A model generated the notes under the pieces. The model was given only the letters and a program-made list of their open reading frames with translations, searched no databases and was not told the origin of the DNA. The position numbers were made by a program, and so were the translations under genes. Below are positions 50,217-59,860 of a DNA stretch of 64,000 bases, in pieces. The first letter of the stretch is position 1. Each line of letters begins with the position of its first letter. Origin of the DNA: [Clostridium] symbiosum (GTDB lineage Bacteria; Bacillota; Clostridia; Lachnospirales; Lachnospiraceae); contig CP143946.1 in NCBI GenBank assembly GCA_036419695.1, positions 3,895,935 through 3,959,934 of the forward strand, in the 5' to 3' direction.

Positions 50217-50441
50217 TTAATTTGGTTTTATTTTAAAAGTGCTGACCAGGCTCTTAAGCCTCTCCGCCTGCCCTGAAAGCTCTTCACTGGCTGCAGCGCT
50301 TTCTTCTGCCGTAGCCGAATTGCTCTGCACGATGTTGGATTTCCGCGTAATATTCTTTGTAATTTGTTCCACGGACTCGGCCGTCTTATCCGCAATGACG
50401 GAAAATCCTTTGCCTCCGGCTCCTCCACTTCTTATCTGCAA
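50217..50441 (-). pseudogene. MCP C-terminal fragment (about 74 codons)
   Basis: Only the extreme C-terminal part of an MCP signalling domain (GFSVIADKTAESVEQITKNI...[18 protein letters not shown]); rest absent. Confidence 0.7.
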
Positions 50442-50814
50442 GGCCGCTTACCGTGTCAGCCAGCGTTTCTATTGTAGACACCTGCTTCGATGTAACTGAC
50501 GGAATCCCTTCATCCTCTCCCCACCATAAAGTCTTTAATTCCCAGTTCCTCCCGGTATATGTTCCTGCAGTTTAGGGCAACGTCCTTTGACTGTAAGATT
50601 CTTATTTTTCAACTTAATAACTCCTCGTTCTATCTTACAATAAATGAGATCTTACTTCAAGCTGATTCTCTGCTTTCTGCCCGAAAATCAGGCTGATTTT
50701 TTTAATTTTTTGTGCAATTGCTAAAAATTTCCTGGAAGATACGTATATTTTTTTCCTCTTCGGACAATAATAAGCAAAACGGAGAAATCCGCATACAGGA
50801 AAGGATGGTAGAAT

Positions 50815-51018
50815 ATGCAGAAAACTATAAATGTAATTGCTCTCACCATAGCCATTATTGGTGCAATCAACTGGGGACTGATCGGGTTCTTTAACTTTAA
50901 CCTCGTTTCCTTTCTCTTTGGTTCCGCTTCTATGCTGTCCAAAGTCATTTACGCCCTGGTGGGAATCTGCGGATTATATCTCATCGGCTTCTACGGCCCT
51001 GTGACACAGGAGAAATAA
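50815..51018 (+). CDS. DUF378 family small membrane protein
   Basis: 67 aa; DUF378 signature ALTIAIIGAINWGLIGFF. Confidence 0.8.
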   Translation: MQKTINVIALTIAIIGAINWGLIGFFNFNLVSFLFGSASMLSKVIYALVGICGLYLIGFYGPVTQEK

Positions 51019-51050
51019 CCCCCTGTTATCTACAACAATATAATGGTTAC

Positions 51051-51101
51051 AAAAAAGAACAGGACGGCAGGTTTTAATCATCTGCCGTCCTGTTTCTTTT
51101 T
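51051..51101. terminator. bidirectional terminator (13-bp stem)
   Basis: AACAGGACGGCAG-gttttaatcat-CTGCCGTCCTGTT plus T-run. Confidence 0.75.
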
Positions 51102-51102
51102 A

Positions 51103-51146
51103 TTGAGTGGCAATGAAAAGTTCGCGAAGCGTGCTTTTCGTTGTTG
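51103..51146. repeat. 44-bp dispersed hairpin element, copy 2
   Basis: See 32550-32593; contains nested palindrome TTCGCGAA. Confidence 0.8.
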
Positions 51147-51150
51147 GCCG

Positions 51151-51185
51151 GCAGTGAAAAGCCCGCTGAGCATGCTTTTCACTGC
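51151..51185. repeat. diverged third copy of hairpin element
   Basis: GCAGTGAAAAGC-ccgctgagcat-GCTTTTCACTGC, same architecture. Confidence 0.6.
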
Positions 51186-51197
51186 CGTATATTAAAC

Positions 51198-52460
51198 TTA
51201 TCTTACTCCGAAATGCTCAAACAGGACTTTCTCCGCCTCGGCGTTCCAGAGACCTTTGTGGGCCTTGCAGCACTCATCCAGCTTCTTATAAAGCGGATCC
51301 GTCTCTCCCAGCTTCGCAAAGTCGTCAATGGCCGTCAGAGGCATCTCAAACTGTGTATAGGTCAGCTTCTTTCCTCCCGGAATGGATGGAAGGTTCTTTG
51401 TGGCCTCTGCGATGCTGTCGATTCCGCCTACATGGGTTACCATAACGGCCGGCTCGATCACGCCTTTTGCGGAAAGGGCGTTGGCCTCGATCAGGTCATC
51501 GGTGTTGCCGCCTGTAGTTCCCATGATATGGGTGCTTGTATAGTGGCAGTTGTAGAGATTAATCTCGGCTGAAAACTGGCTGTCGGTCGGGCCTGCAAAG
51601 AAGTTCATGCAGCCGTCAAATGCCAGCAGTTTATCTCCCATCTCGGCTACCTGCCTGATTGGAGCGTATACGAATACGTCATCGTAACCGTGGCCTTCCG
51701 TGATAGCCGTAAGTTCTGCAATCGGATCTGCCATTGCCGCCGTGTTTACATAGTGGAGTTCCACGCCCATCTCCCTGGCGTGGGCCTCGGAAATCACTTC
51801 TCTTGCACGGTTGATTCTGTCCTCGTTGACATCGGTTACAACAATCCGTTTCGGCTTATTTTCAAACTGGATGCCGTAGCTTACGGCTCCTAGGCCCATC
51901 GGGCCGCAGCCTCCCATGATTAAGATATTGCCGTCCACTTTTGTTCCCATTGCATGCTCGTAATTCTTTTTGTTGGTGTGGTAATTGGCATGGTATCCGC
52001 CGATAATACAGCTCATCGGCTCTCCGAGGGATGCCTGGAAGTAGCTCTCGCCGTCGTAATTCAAGAGACAGCCCATCTCCATCACCTCGTGAGGGATAAT
52101 GCAGTATGTGGCGGCTCCGCCGCAGAACTCATAGGAATATCCCGGGGAGTCCAGTTTTCCCTGATAGTTGATGGCCGGCTGGATGGAGAATTTCTGTCCC
52201 GGTTTGAACTGATCCTGCCATTTCTTTCCGACCTGTACGATATCTCCGGCAAATTCATGGCCGACGATAATCGGGTTGGTATCGATATTCTGCGGAGCGC
52301 GTTTATGTTTTTTACCCTGCTTAACCAGCTTGTAGGTGGACATGCAGATACTGTCGCTCATTACCTTTACAAGGATTTCATCATCCTTTATCTCCGGTAA
52401 TTCAAATTCTTCTAATCTTAAGTCGTCGAGCCCATACATTCTCACTGCTTTTGTTTTCAT
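51198..52460 (-). CDS. zinc-binding MDR-family dehydrogenase (candidate polyol-phosphate dehydrogenase of the PTS operon)
   Basis: MDR motifs GHEFAGDIV, Rossmann GGCGPMGLGA; ATG after GGAGGT RBS (track start TTG 52475). Confidence 0.8.
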   Translation of the reverse strand: MKTKAVRMYGLDDLRLEEFELPEIKDDEILVKVMSDSICMSTYKLVKQGKKHKRAPQNIDTNPIIVGHEFAGDIVQVGKKWQDQFKPGQKFSIQPAINYQGKLDSPGYSYEFCGGAATYCIIPHEVMEMGCLLNYDGESYFQASLGEPMSCIIGGYHANYHTNKKNYEHAMGTKVDGNILIMGGCGPMGLGAVSYGIQFENKPKRIVVTDVNEDRINRAREVISEAHAREMGVELHYVNTAAMADPIAELTAITEGHGYDDVFVYAPIRQVAEMGDKLLAFDGCMNFFAGPTDSQFSAEINLYNCHYTSTHIMGTTGGNTDDLIEANALSAKGVIEPAVMVTHVGGIDSIAEATKNLPSIPGGKKLTYTQFEMPLTAIDDFAKLGETDPLYKKLDECCKAHKGLWNAEAEKVLFEHFGVR

Positions 52461-52553
52461 GTTTTCAACCTCCAATGATTGTTCTGTTTGATATCCTTCT
52501 GTTATTATCTATGATTACCAGCTTTAAATTCCATCATTCTGAAAATGATTCCA

Positions 52554-53027
52554 TCACGCTTTTGTTGTAAATGCCGCGTAGATATCATCCTCGCTGCCCT
52601 TAATCAGTTCCTCGACAGCCTCCGGCGTCGCCATCTTCTCTGCAATGGTTGAGAGGATTTCCAGATGCTCCTCCCCTACTCCGGCGATTCCGATTACAAG
52701 ATTAACCTTCTCGGTTCCCCAGTCGGTGCCTTCCGGGAATACCATCACTGCAATTCCGGACTGTTTAATTTCTTTCTTGGCCTCCTCAACTCCATGCGGA
52801 AGCGCAATTCCGTTTCCTATATTGGTAGGGAATGAAAGTTCCCTTTTTATCATTGCATCGATATATCCTTCGTTTACATACCCGCTGTCGCAAAGGAGCT
52901 GTCCCACCGCCCGGATTACGTCATCCTTCGGCATCGGGCTGCAGTTTAAACGGATATTTTTCTTTTCTAAAAGCTCCGGTTTCTGAATTTTTTCAGCCTG
53001 TTCTTTTTTCTTTCCAAAACCAAACAT
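52554..53027 (-). CDS. mtlF: PTS EIIA, mannitol/fructose family
   Basis: EIIA-Mtl His region (GNGIALPHGVEEAKKEI); AGGAGG RBS before MFGFG start. Confidence 0.82.
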   Translation of the reverse strand: MFGFGKKKEQAEKIQKPELLEKKNIRLNCSPMPKDDVIRAVGQLLCDSGYVNEGYIDAMIKRELSFPTNIGNGIALPHGVEEAKKEIKQSGIAVMVFPEGTDWGTEKVNLVIGIAGVGEEHLEILSTIAEKMATPEAVEELIKGSEDDIYAAFTTKA

Positions 53028-53192
53028 TCTCTTATTCCTCCTCATTATCCACAGGTTTTCCCGTTCCGGTGTTTCTTCTGTTCCCTTTTATGTCTCAATT
53101 ATAGCCCCGGCACACCGTATAATTCAACCGAAACAAAAATGCATTTGGCATCATCAGATAGTGACAAAAGCTGAAGGCGGAAATTTCCGTTT

Positions 53193-55292
53193 TTACATTC
53201 TGTCCAGATACTGGTCAAAGTATTTTTTGAGATACCGCGACAGCAGATCCCGGACGTTCTCCTCTTCCTTTGTTATGATGGCGTTCAGGAATTCATCCTC
53301 TTCCACCAGCATCTGGCTTAAATAGCCCAGCATGTCCGCGTTCTCCTGCGTGTGGCCTTCCTCCGGCATCAGCATAATGATGGCGGCCCTGATTCCCTTC
53401 ATATCGGGAGCGGTAAACCATTCTCCCGAATCCGGTACAAAGACCGTAAATACCGGCTTTGTGACCCCGGCTGTCCGCGCGTGGAGAAGCGCGAATGAGA
53501 AATCCGGGAAGAACTGGGAGCCCATCGTTTCCCTTCTCCTCAAGGCCTCTACGATCATGGTCTGCCGATCCGCGTAGGGCGTCTGCTCCTCTCCCGCCTT
53601 TAAAAGCAGCTCCCCGAATGTGGCCGCCGTCCCAATCTTTGTGCGTTTAAAACGTTTGATCAGCGATTTAATCTGGGTCGCCATATAATTGACTTCCTCA
53701 AGCTGTCTTGTAAACGCCTCATTCTCTTTCCCGGCCACGGGCATGCGTTCGTATTCACGCACCCTGGCGGCAATCTGCTCCATCTCCTGCGACGTCAGAA
53801 GGGGGCTTACGTAAAGGATATCCGCATTCTCCCGGATAGGAAGCGTGGATACAAAGAAATCAGTATGCTCCAGTGCGAACGGGTTCAGATCGTTAACCCC
53901 GTATGCCGTAAGCTCGATGCGGTCCTTGAAAAACTTGTTGATCCTGGAGCACATCAGGCGTGATATTCCAATGCCGCTGGCACAGACCACGCCCATGTTC
54001 ACTTTTCTTTTTACTTCCTTCCGGCTTTCCAGGCGCACCATCGCCGCCCCGAAATGGATGGCCAGATAGCCTATCTCAGGCTCCGGTACCGTGAAACCGT
54101 AATGCTCTTCAATTACTCCGGCAACATCGCGGCACCGCTCAAAAATGGCGGCATAATCGTTCTTTATCTGTTCCAGAAGCGGATTCTCAATCTTCATATT
54201 GTTGGCAAGGCGCACTAATGTCGGCTGCAGATGGGCGGCCAGCCCCTGCACGACGAATTCCTCATCCTGTTTAAGCTGCCAGGCGACGGCCGGATCAAAC
54301 CGGTCAATCATCGCGTTTACCACCGACAGAAGTTCCCTCTGCCCGCTCACCCTGGCCTTAGAGTCCTCGTCCAGCTCTATCTGCTGGACCTTGGCTCCCT
54401 TAATGTGAAGACAGACGTATGCAACCTCGATCTCCGGGATTTCGATCCTAAACTCCTTTCGAAGCTCCTCCACGATTCTGCCCGCCAGGCGGAAATCTTC
54501 GTCGCCGCGCAGGGACTTAATCATGGCCTCGTTCTCTTCCAGTATCTCTTTCCCCAGAATCCTGTTTACCGCGATTGTCACATGCAGGACGAGTCCCACA
54601 TAGGAATTCTCGGTCAGGTTTAAAAGTCTTCGGTCCTTCACCCTCTGGATGCACGCAATGACCCGCAGCAGGAGGTCGTTATTTAAAATCTTGTAGATGT
54701 TTTTATCATTTTTATTTTCCACCAGTTCAAACAGCGCCTGGTCTTTTTCCTCATAAATATCCCGGATAAAGCGCGTGTCGATATTTTCATCGATAAAAGC
54801 CCTGAGAGCCAGGCGGAAATCCTTCTCCCTGCCCTCTATGGATATCCCGTATCCGGGTTTCCGGTTGATTTTCAGGTTAAACGGAGCAAACCACTCCTCC
54901 GCAGCCTCCAGATCCGCGCTGATCGTCGCTTCACTGACTCCGAACAGATCACTGTAGTAGTAAAGCTTTTTCAGCGTCTTGTCCTTCAGGATTTCCAGGA
55001 TCAACCTCTTGCGGCGCTCCGTCCTGTCCGAGACGTAAAACGTGTCCTTTTCGCTCAGCTGCCTGAGCAGCCTCTCCCTGTCTTCCGGTTCCCCCTCCAG
55101 CCACACTCCCGTCCCCGTCTTGGAACAGAACGTCACATTATATTCTTTCAGCGCTTTTCCCAGGTATTCCAGTTCCCTCTGAACCGTGCGCTTGCTCAGG
55201 TTCATCTGCTCCGCCAGATTTTTGACGGATATGACTTTATCTTCATTCAGCATGAGCAGAAGTATCTGCTGCATTCTCGGTGTAAAATCCAT
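53193..55292 (-). CDS. mtlR: PRD-containing transcriptional regulator, MtlR/BglG family (HTH-PRD-PRD-EIIB-EIIA)
   Basis: N-terminal HTH, two PRD-like segments, C-terminal EIIB(Gat)-like (VVCASGIGISRLM) and EIIA-like domains. Confidence 0.8.
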   Translation of the reverse strand: MDFTPRMQQILLLMLNEDKVISVKNLAEQMNLSKRTVQRELEYLGKALKEYNVTFCSKTGTGVWLEGEPEDRERLLRQLSEKDTFYVSDRTERRKRLILEILKDKTLKKLYYYSDLFGVSEATISADLEAAEEWFAPFNLKINRKPGYGISIEGREKDFRLALRAFIDENIDTRFIRDIYEEKDQALFELVENKNDKNIYKILNNDLLLRVIACIQRVKDRRLLNLTENSYVGLVLHVTIAVNRILGKEILEENEAMIKSLRGDEDFRLAGRIVEELRKEFRIEIPEIEVAYVCLHIKGAKVQQIELDEDSKARVSGQRELLSVVNAMIDRFDPAVAWQLKQDEEFVVQGLAAHLQPTLVRLANNMKIENPLLEQIKNDYAAIFERCRDVAGVIEEHYGFTVPEPEIGYLAIHFGAAMVRLESRKEVKRKVNMGVVCASGIGISRLMCSRINKFFKDRIELTAYGVNDLNPFALEHTDFFVSTLPIRENADILYVSPLLTSQEMEQIAARVREYERMPVAGKENEAFTRQLEEVNYMATQIKSLIKRFKRTKIGTAATFGELLLKAGEEQTPYADRQTMIVEALRRRETMGSQFFPDFSFALLHARTAGVTKPVFTVFVPDSGEWFTAPDMKGIRAAIIMLMPEEGHTQENADMLGYLSQMLVEEDEFLNAIITKEEENVRDLLSRYLKKYFDQYLDRM

Positions 55293-55487
55293 ATATTTAC
55301 CGTTCCCTCTCCCGCTTTCCGGCACTTAACCGCCCTTACCCGGCTTTTGTCCTCCGGGCCTTTTCCCCGCCCGGTGTTTTTATACGATAGAAAGACAGAA
55401 CAGGGTGTGGAGGCACACCCGGTTTCTGTCTTAACAATTTTCTATATGCGCCCGCCCCGCCTATGTGACGGTTCCGGGGCATTTCCC

Positions 55488-56876
55488 TTATCGGTTCAGT
55501 AATTCCTGAATCAGCTCATCGTATTCCGGCGCGGCCAGGAAATTGGTGATAAGGATAAGCTGCGCGTCAGGATTGCTGTGCCCTGCTCTCTCTCCCAGTT
55601 CCTGATGCGTTACCACAATCTGCGCATCAGCCGGGATGGAAGATACAGGTGAATGCATAACCTCAATATTTCCAAGGCCTGCCGCCGCCAGTTTCTTCTT
55701 GAGCACCGTTGCTCCCATTGCGCTGGAACCCATTCCGGCGTCACAGGCAAATACGATTTTTCTGATATCTTTTGAATCAACTGTATTTGCTGTTTTATGC
55801 TCTTCGGCAATTCCCTTTGCCGCATTCTTCATTTCTTTCATCTTGTTCTTGGAAGCTTCCAGGTCCTCATCCTTGCCGGCGAATTTGAGAATCGGCATGG
55901 AAATGAAGAAGGATACCGCCGTAGCTACGAGAACGCCTGCCAGAACCGGGATATAGCCGCCGCGCGGGGTCATTCCGAGAATTGCAATGATGCTTCCCGG
56001 TGAAGCCGGTGCGGAAAGTCCTGCGCCCAGCATCTGCTCTACAAAGATGCCGCTGGCTCCGCCTGCAATAACGGAGAGAAGTAAAAGCGGATTCATCAGG
56101 ATATATGGGAAATAAATCTCATGGATACCGCCGAGGAAATGAATGATTACGGCGCCCGGTGCGGAGCTCTTTGCAGAACCCTTGCCCGCCAGGCAGTATG
56201 CCAGCAGCACGCCGAGTCCCGGGCCCGGGTTAGCCTCAAGCAGGAAGAAAATGGATTTTCCCGTTTCCTCCACCTGCTGGATTCCCATTGGGGAGAAAAT
56301 TCCGTGGTTGATTGCGTTGTTCAGGAACAGAACCTTTGCAGGCTCGATGAAAATACTTGCCATTGGGAGGAGTTTGTTGTCAACGAAGAAACCAACGCCT
56401 GCCCTCATTGCCTCGTTTAATGATTCTACAAGAGGCGTAACGCCCTTTAATGTAAGGAGCGTCAGGATTGCGCCTACAATACCGAGTGAGAAGTTATTGA
56501 CCAGCATCTCAAAACCTGCCGGAATCTTACCTTCTATTACATTGTCTATTTTTTTCATAATCCATGCCGCCAGAGGACCTACAATCATGGCGCCGATAAA
56601 CATTGGAATATCGGAACCTACGATTACGCCCATGGTTGCGATGGCGCCGATTACGCCGCCCCGCTGTCCGTGTACGGCAGCGCCGCCCGTGTAGGCAATT
56701 AACAGCGGCAGAAGCACGGTTGACATTGGCGTTACAAGCGCGGCCAGCGCCTCATTCGGCATCCAGCCCGTCGGGATAAACAATGCCGTAATTAAGCCCC
56801 ATGCGATAAACGCGCCGATATTCGGCATAACCATACCGCTCAAAAACCGTCCAAATAACTGAACTTTTTCTTTCAT
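55488..56876 (-). CDS. mtlA: PTS mannitol-type EIICB component
   Basis: EIIC-Mtl TM domain plus C-terminal EIIB (VFACDAGMGSSAMG). Confidence 0.85.
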   Translation of the reverse strand: MKEKVQLFGRFLSGMVMPNIGAFIAWGLITALFIPTGWMPNEALAALVTPMSTVLLPLLIAYTGGAAVHGQRGGVIGAIATMGVIVGSDIPMFIGAMIVGPLAAWIMKKIDNVIEGKIPAGFEMLVNNFSLGIVGAILTLLTLKGVTPLVESLNEAMRAGVGFFVDNKLLPMASIFIEPAKVLFLNNAINHGIFSPMGIQQVEETGKSIFFLLEANPGPGLGVLLAYCLAGKGSAKSSAPGAVIIHFLGGIHEIYFPYILMNPLLLLSVIAGGASGIFVEQMLGAGLSAPASPGSIIAILGMTPRGGYIPVLAGVLVATAVSFFISMPILKFAGKDEDLEASKNKMKEMKNAAKGIAEEHKTANTVDSKDIRKIVFACDAGMGSSAMGATVLKKKLAAAGLGNIEVMHSPVSSIPADAQIVVTHQELGERAGHSNPDAQLILITNFLAAPEYDELIQELLNR

Positions 56877-56978
56877 ACTGATACCCTCTTTCCACTTTTA
56901 TGTTCTATTTTCCAATTTCCGTTCATGTAACTCCAAATTGATAAAAGTGACCGGCCGGTCGTTCCTTTTGATAGTTTT

Positions 56979-57008
56979 ATTATACCCACCCTGAGGGAAA
57001 TATTTCAA
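56979..57008 (-). promoter_or_regulatory. candidate mtlA promoter (TTGAAA-18-TATAAT on minus strand)
   Basis: Reverse-complement reading; leader contains palindrome GACCGGCCGGTC (56949-56960). Confidence 0.45.
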
Positions 57009-57021
57009 CATGAAGAAACAA

Positions 57022-57073
57022 GGATTTGTCACTATGTAATAGCGCCAAAAATCTGGCTGACAGTGACAAATCC
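57022..57073. promoter_or_regulatory. 12-bp perfect inverted repeat GGATTTGTCACT...AGTGACAAATCC (28-bp spacer) upstream of mtlA promoter
   Basis: Read directly; position fits an activator site upstream of -35 or the terminator of the upstream dac gene. Confidence 0.45.
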
Positions 57074-57109
57074 CTGTTTCGTTTTAATGGTATATTATAT
57101 GCACAGTCC

Positions 57110-58339
57110 CTATACGCAGAAGCTGGAGGCGGCCCGCTTCAGATAATCTAAGAAATTGGCCTTTCTCACATCCTCCGCCGCTACGATATCCACGCTTCCA
57201 AGCTCCTGCCCGTTTAACCGGTAGACGAGACGGCCCAGGATATCGCCCTCGCCCACGGGAGCTTTGATTTCTTCTTCAAATACCCATTCTTTTTCAATGC
57301 CTCCGAAGTCCTCCCCCTTCATCGTCAAATAGGAAAAGGTTCCGTTCAGCCTTCCCTGCACGGTGTCCTGTATTCCGTTTATCAGCGTGGCCGGCGGCAC
57401 TGTGCCCGGATCTTCGTCACGGTACATCCGGCAGTTGGCATAACCGTAATTTAAGAGTGTCAGGGCATCGCCGAACCTGGCTTTAAAATCGGGGGCTGCA
57501 AGTATAACGGCGATAAGTTCCACACCGTCTTTTTTTGCCGTTGCCGACAGGCAGTATTTCGCCAGGGAGGTCGAACCCGTTTTCAGGCCGGTCACCTCAA
57601 AATTGGTGGCCATTTTGAGCAGTTTGTTGGTATTGGAAAGACCGAATTCTTTTGTGCCCTGTTTTGTCACATGGGTAATGTTCTCCATCCATATCGTAGA
57701 GTAATTAAATATCTCGGGATATTTTGTGATGAGCTCCCTCGACATTAACGCTATATCACGGGCCGACATTGCATGGGTTGTGGAATCGGTCAGTCCGCAG
57801 CAGTCCTCAAAGTTTGCGTTTTCCATTCCAAGACCTTTTGCCCGCTCGTTCATCATTTTTACAAATGTGGCCTCATCTCCGCCTATGTATTCCGCCATTG
57901 CCACGCTGGCATCGTTGCCGGACGCAATGACAATGCACTTGATCAGTGTCTCCACGGTCTGGACTTCGCCCTCCTCCAGGAATACCTGGGAACCTCCCAT
58001 GGATTTCGCGTGGGCGCTGGTGACAACTTCGTCGTCCAGATGAATCTTTCCGGACTTCAGGGCGTCAAAAGTCAGAAGCAGCGTCATAATCTTCGTAACG
58101 CTGGCCGGGTTCCTGGCCTCGTCGGCATTCTTTTCATAAATCACCGTTCCGGTGGACGCCTCAATGAGAATTGCCTCCGGAGCCTGAATTTCCGGCCCGT
58201 CCGCAGCCTGGACCATCGCCGAAGCCGCCGCGGCCGGAATCTCCGGAACTGAAGCATACACGCTGCAAAGCCCCGCCTGCAGGACCATCATAATCGTCAA
58301 AATAACCGCCGTTAATCGTTTCATACCTTTTCTCCGCAT
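57110..58339 (-). CDS. D-alanyl-D-alanine carboxypeptidase (peptidase S11, PBP5/DacB-like)
   Basis: Signal peptide, SVTK (SxxK), SGN, KTG motifs, C-terminal beta-domain. Confidence 0.85.
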   Translation of the reverse strand: MRRKGMKRLTAVILTIMMVLQAGLCSVYASVPEIPAAAASAMVQAADGPEIQAPEAILIEASTGTVIYEKNADEARNPASVTKIMTLLLTFDALKSGKIHLDDEVVTSAHAKSMGGSQVFLEEGEVQTVETLIKCIVIASGNDASVAMAEYIGGDEATFVKMMNERAKGLGMENANFEDCCGLTDSTTHAMSARDIALMSRELITKYPEIFNYSTIWMENITHVTKQGTKEFGLSNTNKLLKMATNFEVTGLKTGSTSLAKYCLSATAKKDGVELIAVILAAPDFKARFGDALTLLNYGYANCRMYRDEDPGTVPPATLINGIQDTVQGRLNGTFSYLTMKGEDFGGIEKEWVFEEEIKAPVGEGDILGRLVYRLNGQELGSVDIVAAEDVRKANFLDYLKRAASSFCV

Positions 58340-58490
58340 CTATTTCCTTCTTTAATCAGGATATGGACAGAATGCATGTACTTATGCCATTGTGTTACAG
58401 GAAGTGTTCTTTTCTTTCCGACAAAATTTTATGGGGGGAATGAGAACGCCGCCGTTAGGTCGGGGGGCGGGATGGTGAAGGGGAGGTTGT

Positions 58491-59554
58491 GAGTCTTCAG
58501 TCCCGGTTTGAGTTTGGTCGCAGGTGGTGAATCCGGGCAGAAAAAGTTCCTCCGGGAAACGCTTGCGCTCTTTGGAGTACATAACGGTACTAACCTCGTG
58601 AAAAACCTCGGTAAGTGCCGATGAACTCCCAGGTGGTTCTTTCTCATATTTGGATGTTTTATAAATGCTGGCTGTTCAAATTTTCCAGTAATAACAGGCA
58701 CAGGGGAAATCAAGAGGCCAATAGAATATCCAATGTTCAGAAAGGACCTCCCAGGTTCCCTGCGGAATCTTTTTAGCTTCTGTCCACCCTGTGGCCAGAA
58801 ACACGCTGCGCGATGCACAGAAACGGTAAAAATCACCGTTTCGCGCTGCAACCCTCGGGTTTTCTGTGACTTACGCTGCGCTGCACTCACATAAAACACC
58901 TCGCGGAATACAACCGATTCAACATTAACATATTCTTACTTCCCCACGGGAAGGTTATGGCCCGGGACTGAAGACGCGAAGGTTTTCGCCATCCCGGACC
59001 CCGGCTTGCGGCCGCTGAATTGTTCTTATTCCTTCAAAGGGGGAGGTACTGTCGCTGCCACTACGTTTTCCCAAATTTCAGGGGAATTCCTCCCTATATT
59101 GTCAAATGATTTTCCTGTATGGTATCCAATTGATGAATCTGAGCTTCGACGCCTGACTTATCCTTAAATATCCATTGAATTTTATAATTCATCATTAAAT
59201 TCAGCTTTGGATTTTTCTCTGAATCCTGCCCGAAATACCTTCATAAGGTAAAAGATTCACGACTACATAGTGGCCGCGACAATACCTCCCCCTTACTTGA
59301 CGAAAGAGACAATCAGCCCCTGGAGCCGGCGGACGGGGCAATACACTTCGCTGAGTCTTCAGTCCCGTCGACAACCTGCCCGGGGAAGGAAGGAGAAAAG
59401 ATTCCGAAGGGGACATTGGAATCCGCCGGTGCTTGATGAGGTTTTTTCGAATCTAGCACCGCTGCGCATTCCACAAGCGGAAGCGAGTCCCCGTAGGAAT
59501 CTCTTCTCCTGGATTCCCCCTTACCACAACCTGCAAACCGGGACTGAAGACTCA
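58491..59554. repeat. four copies of GAGTCTTCAGTCCCG(G) motif in alternating orientation within 1.5-kb ORF-free region (inverton-like or MITE-like)
   Basis: Copies at 58491-58506(+), 58962-58977(-), 59354-59368(+), 59534-59554(-); outer pair shares ~45-70 bp of extended similarity. Confidence 0.6.
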
Positions 59555-59860
59555 TATCCACCCTCCCACTCCCCCGTCCGCCGTCTTACAGAGGCGTCCT
59601 CGCATCTCAACTAACCTCCCTCTTATAACCAAATAAAAGGAATAAATTTTAAGTAAACTGTAATAGTTATTCCCTGAAATCTATGCTATAATGATACCCA
59701 AACGATGAAATGCATCTTCTTTTTTATTTCCATCGACAACAATGGAAGCCGGGATTTTTTCCGGTCTACTTTTTTGCCTGTCTGTCATCCTGGTTTTTAA
59801 TTTCATGCCTTACAGGCGCCTCAAACAAAACATATTCTTAGATAAAGGTGATTTAATACT

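Noticed and set aside
58382-59614. ORFs of 66-156 aa in the 1.5-kb noncoding region
   Set aside because: No RBS and nonsense-like composition. The region is better explained by inverted-repeat structure.
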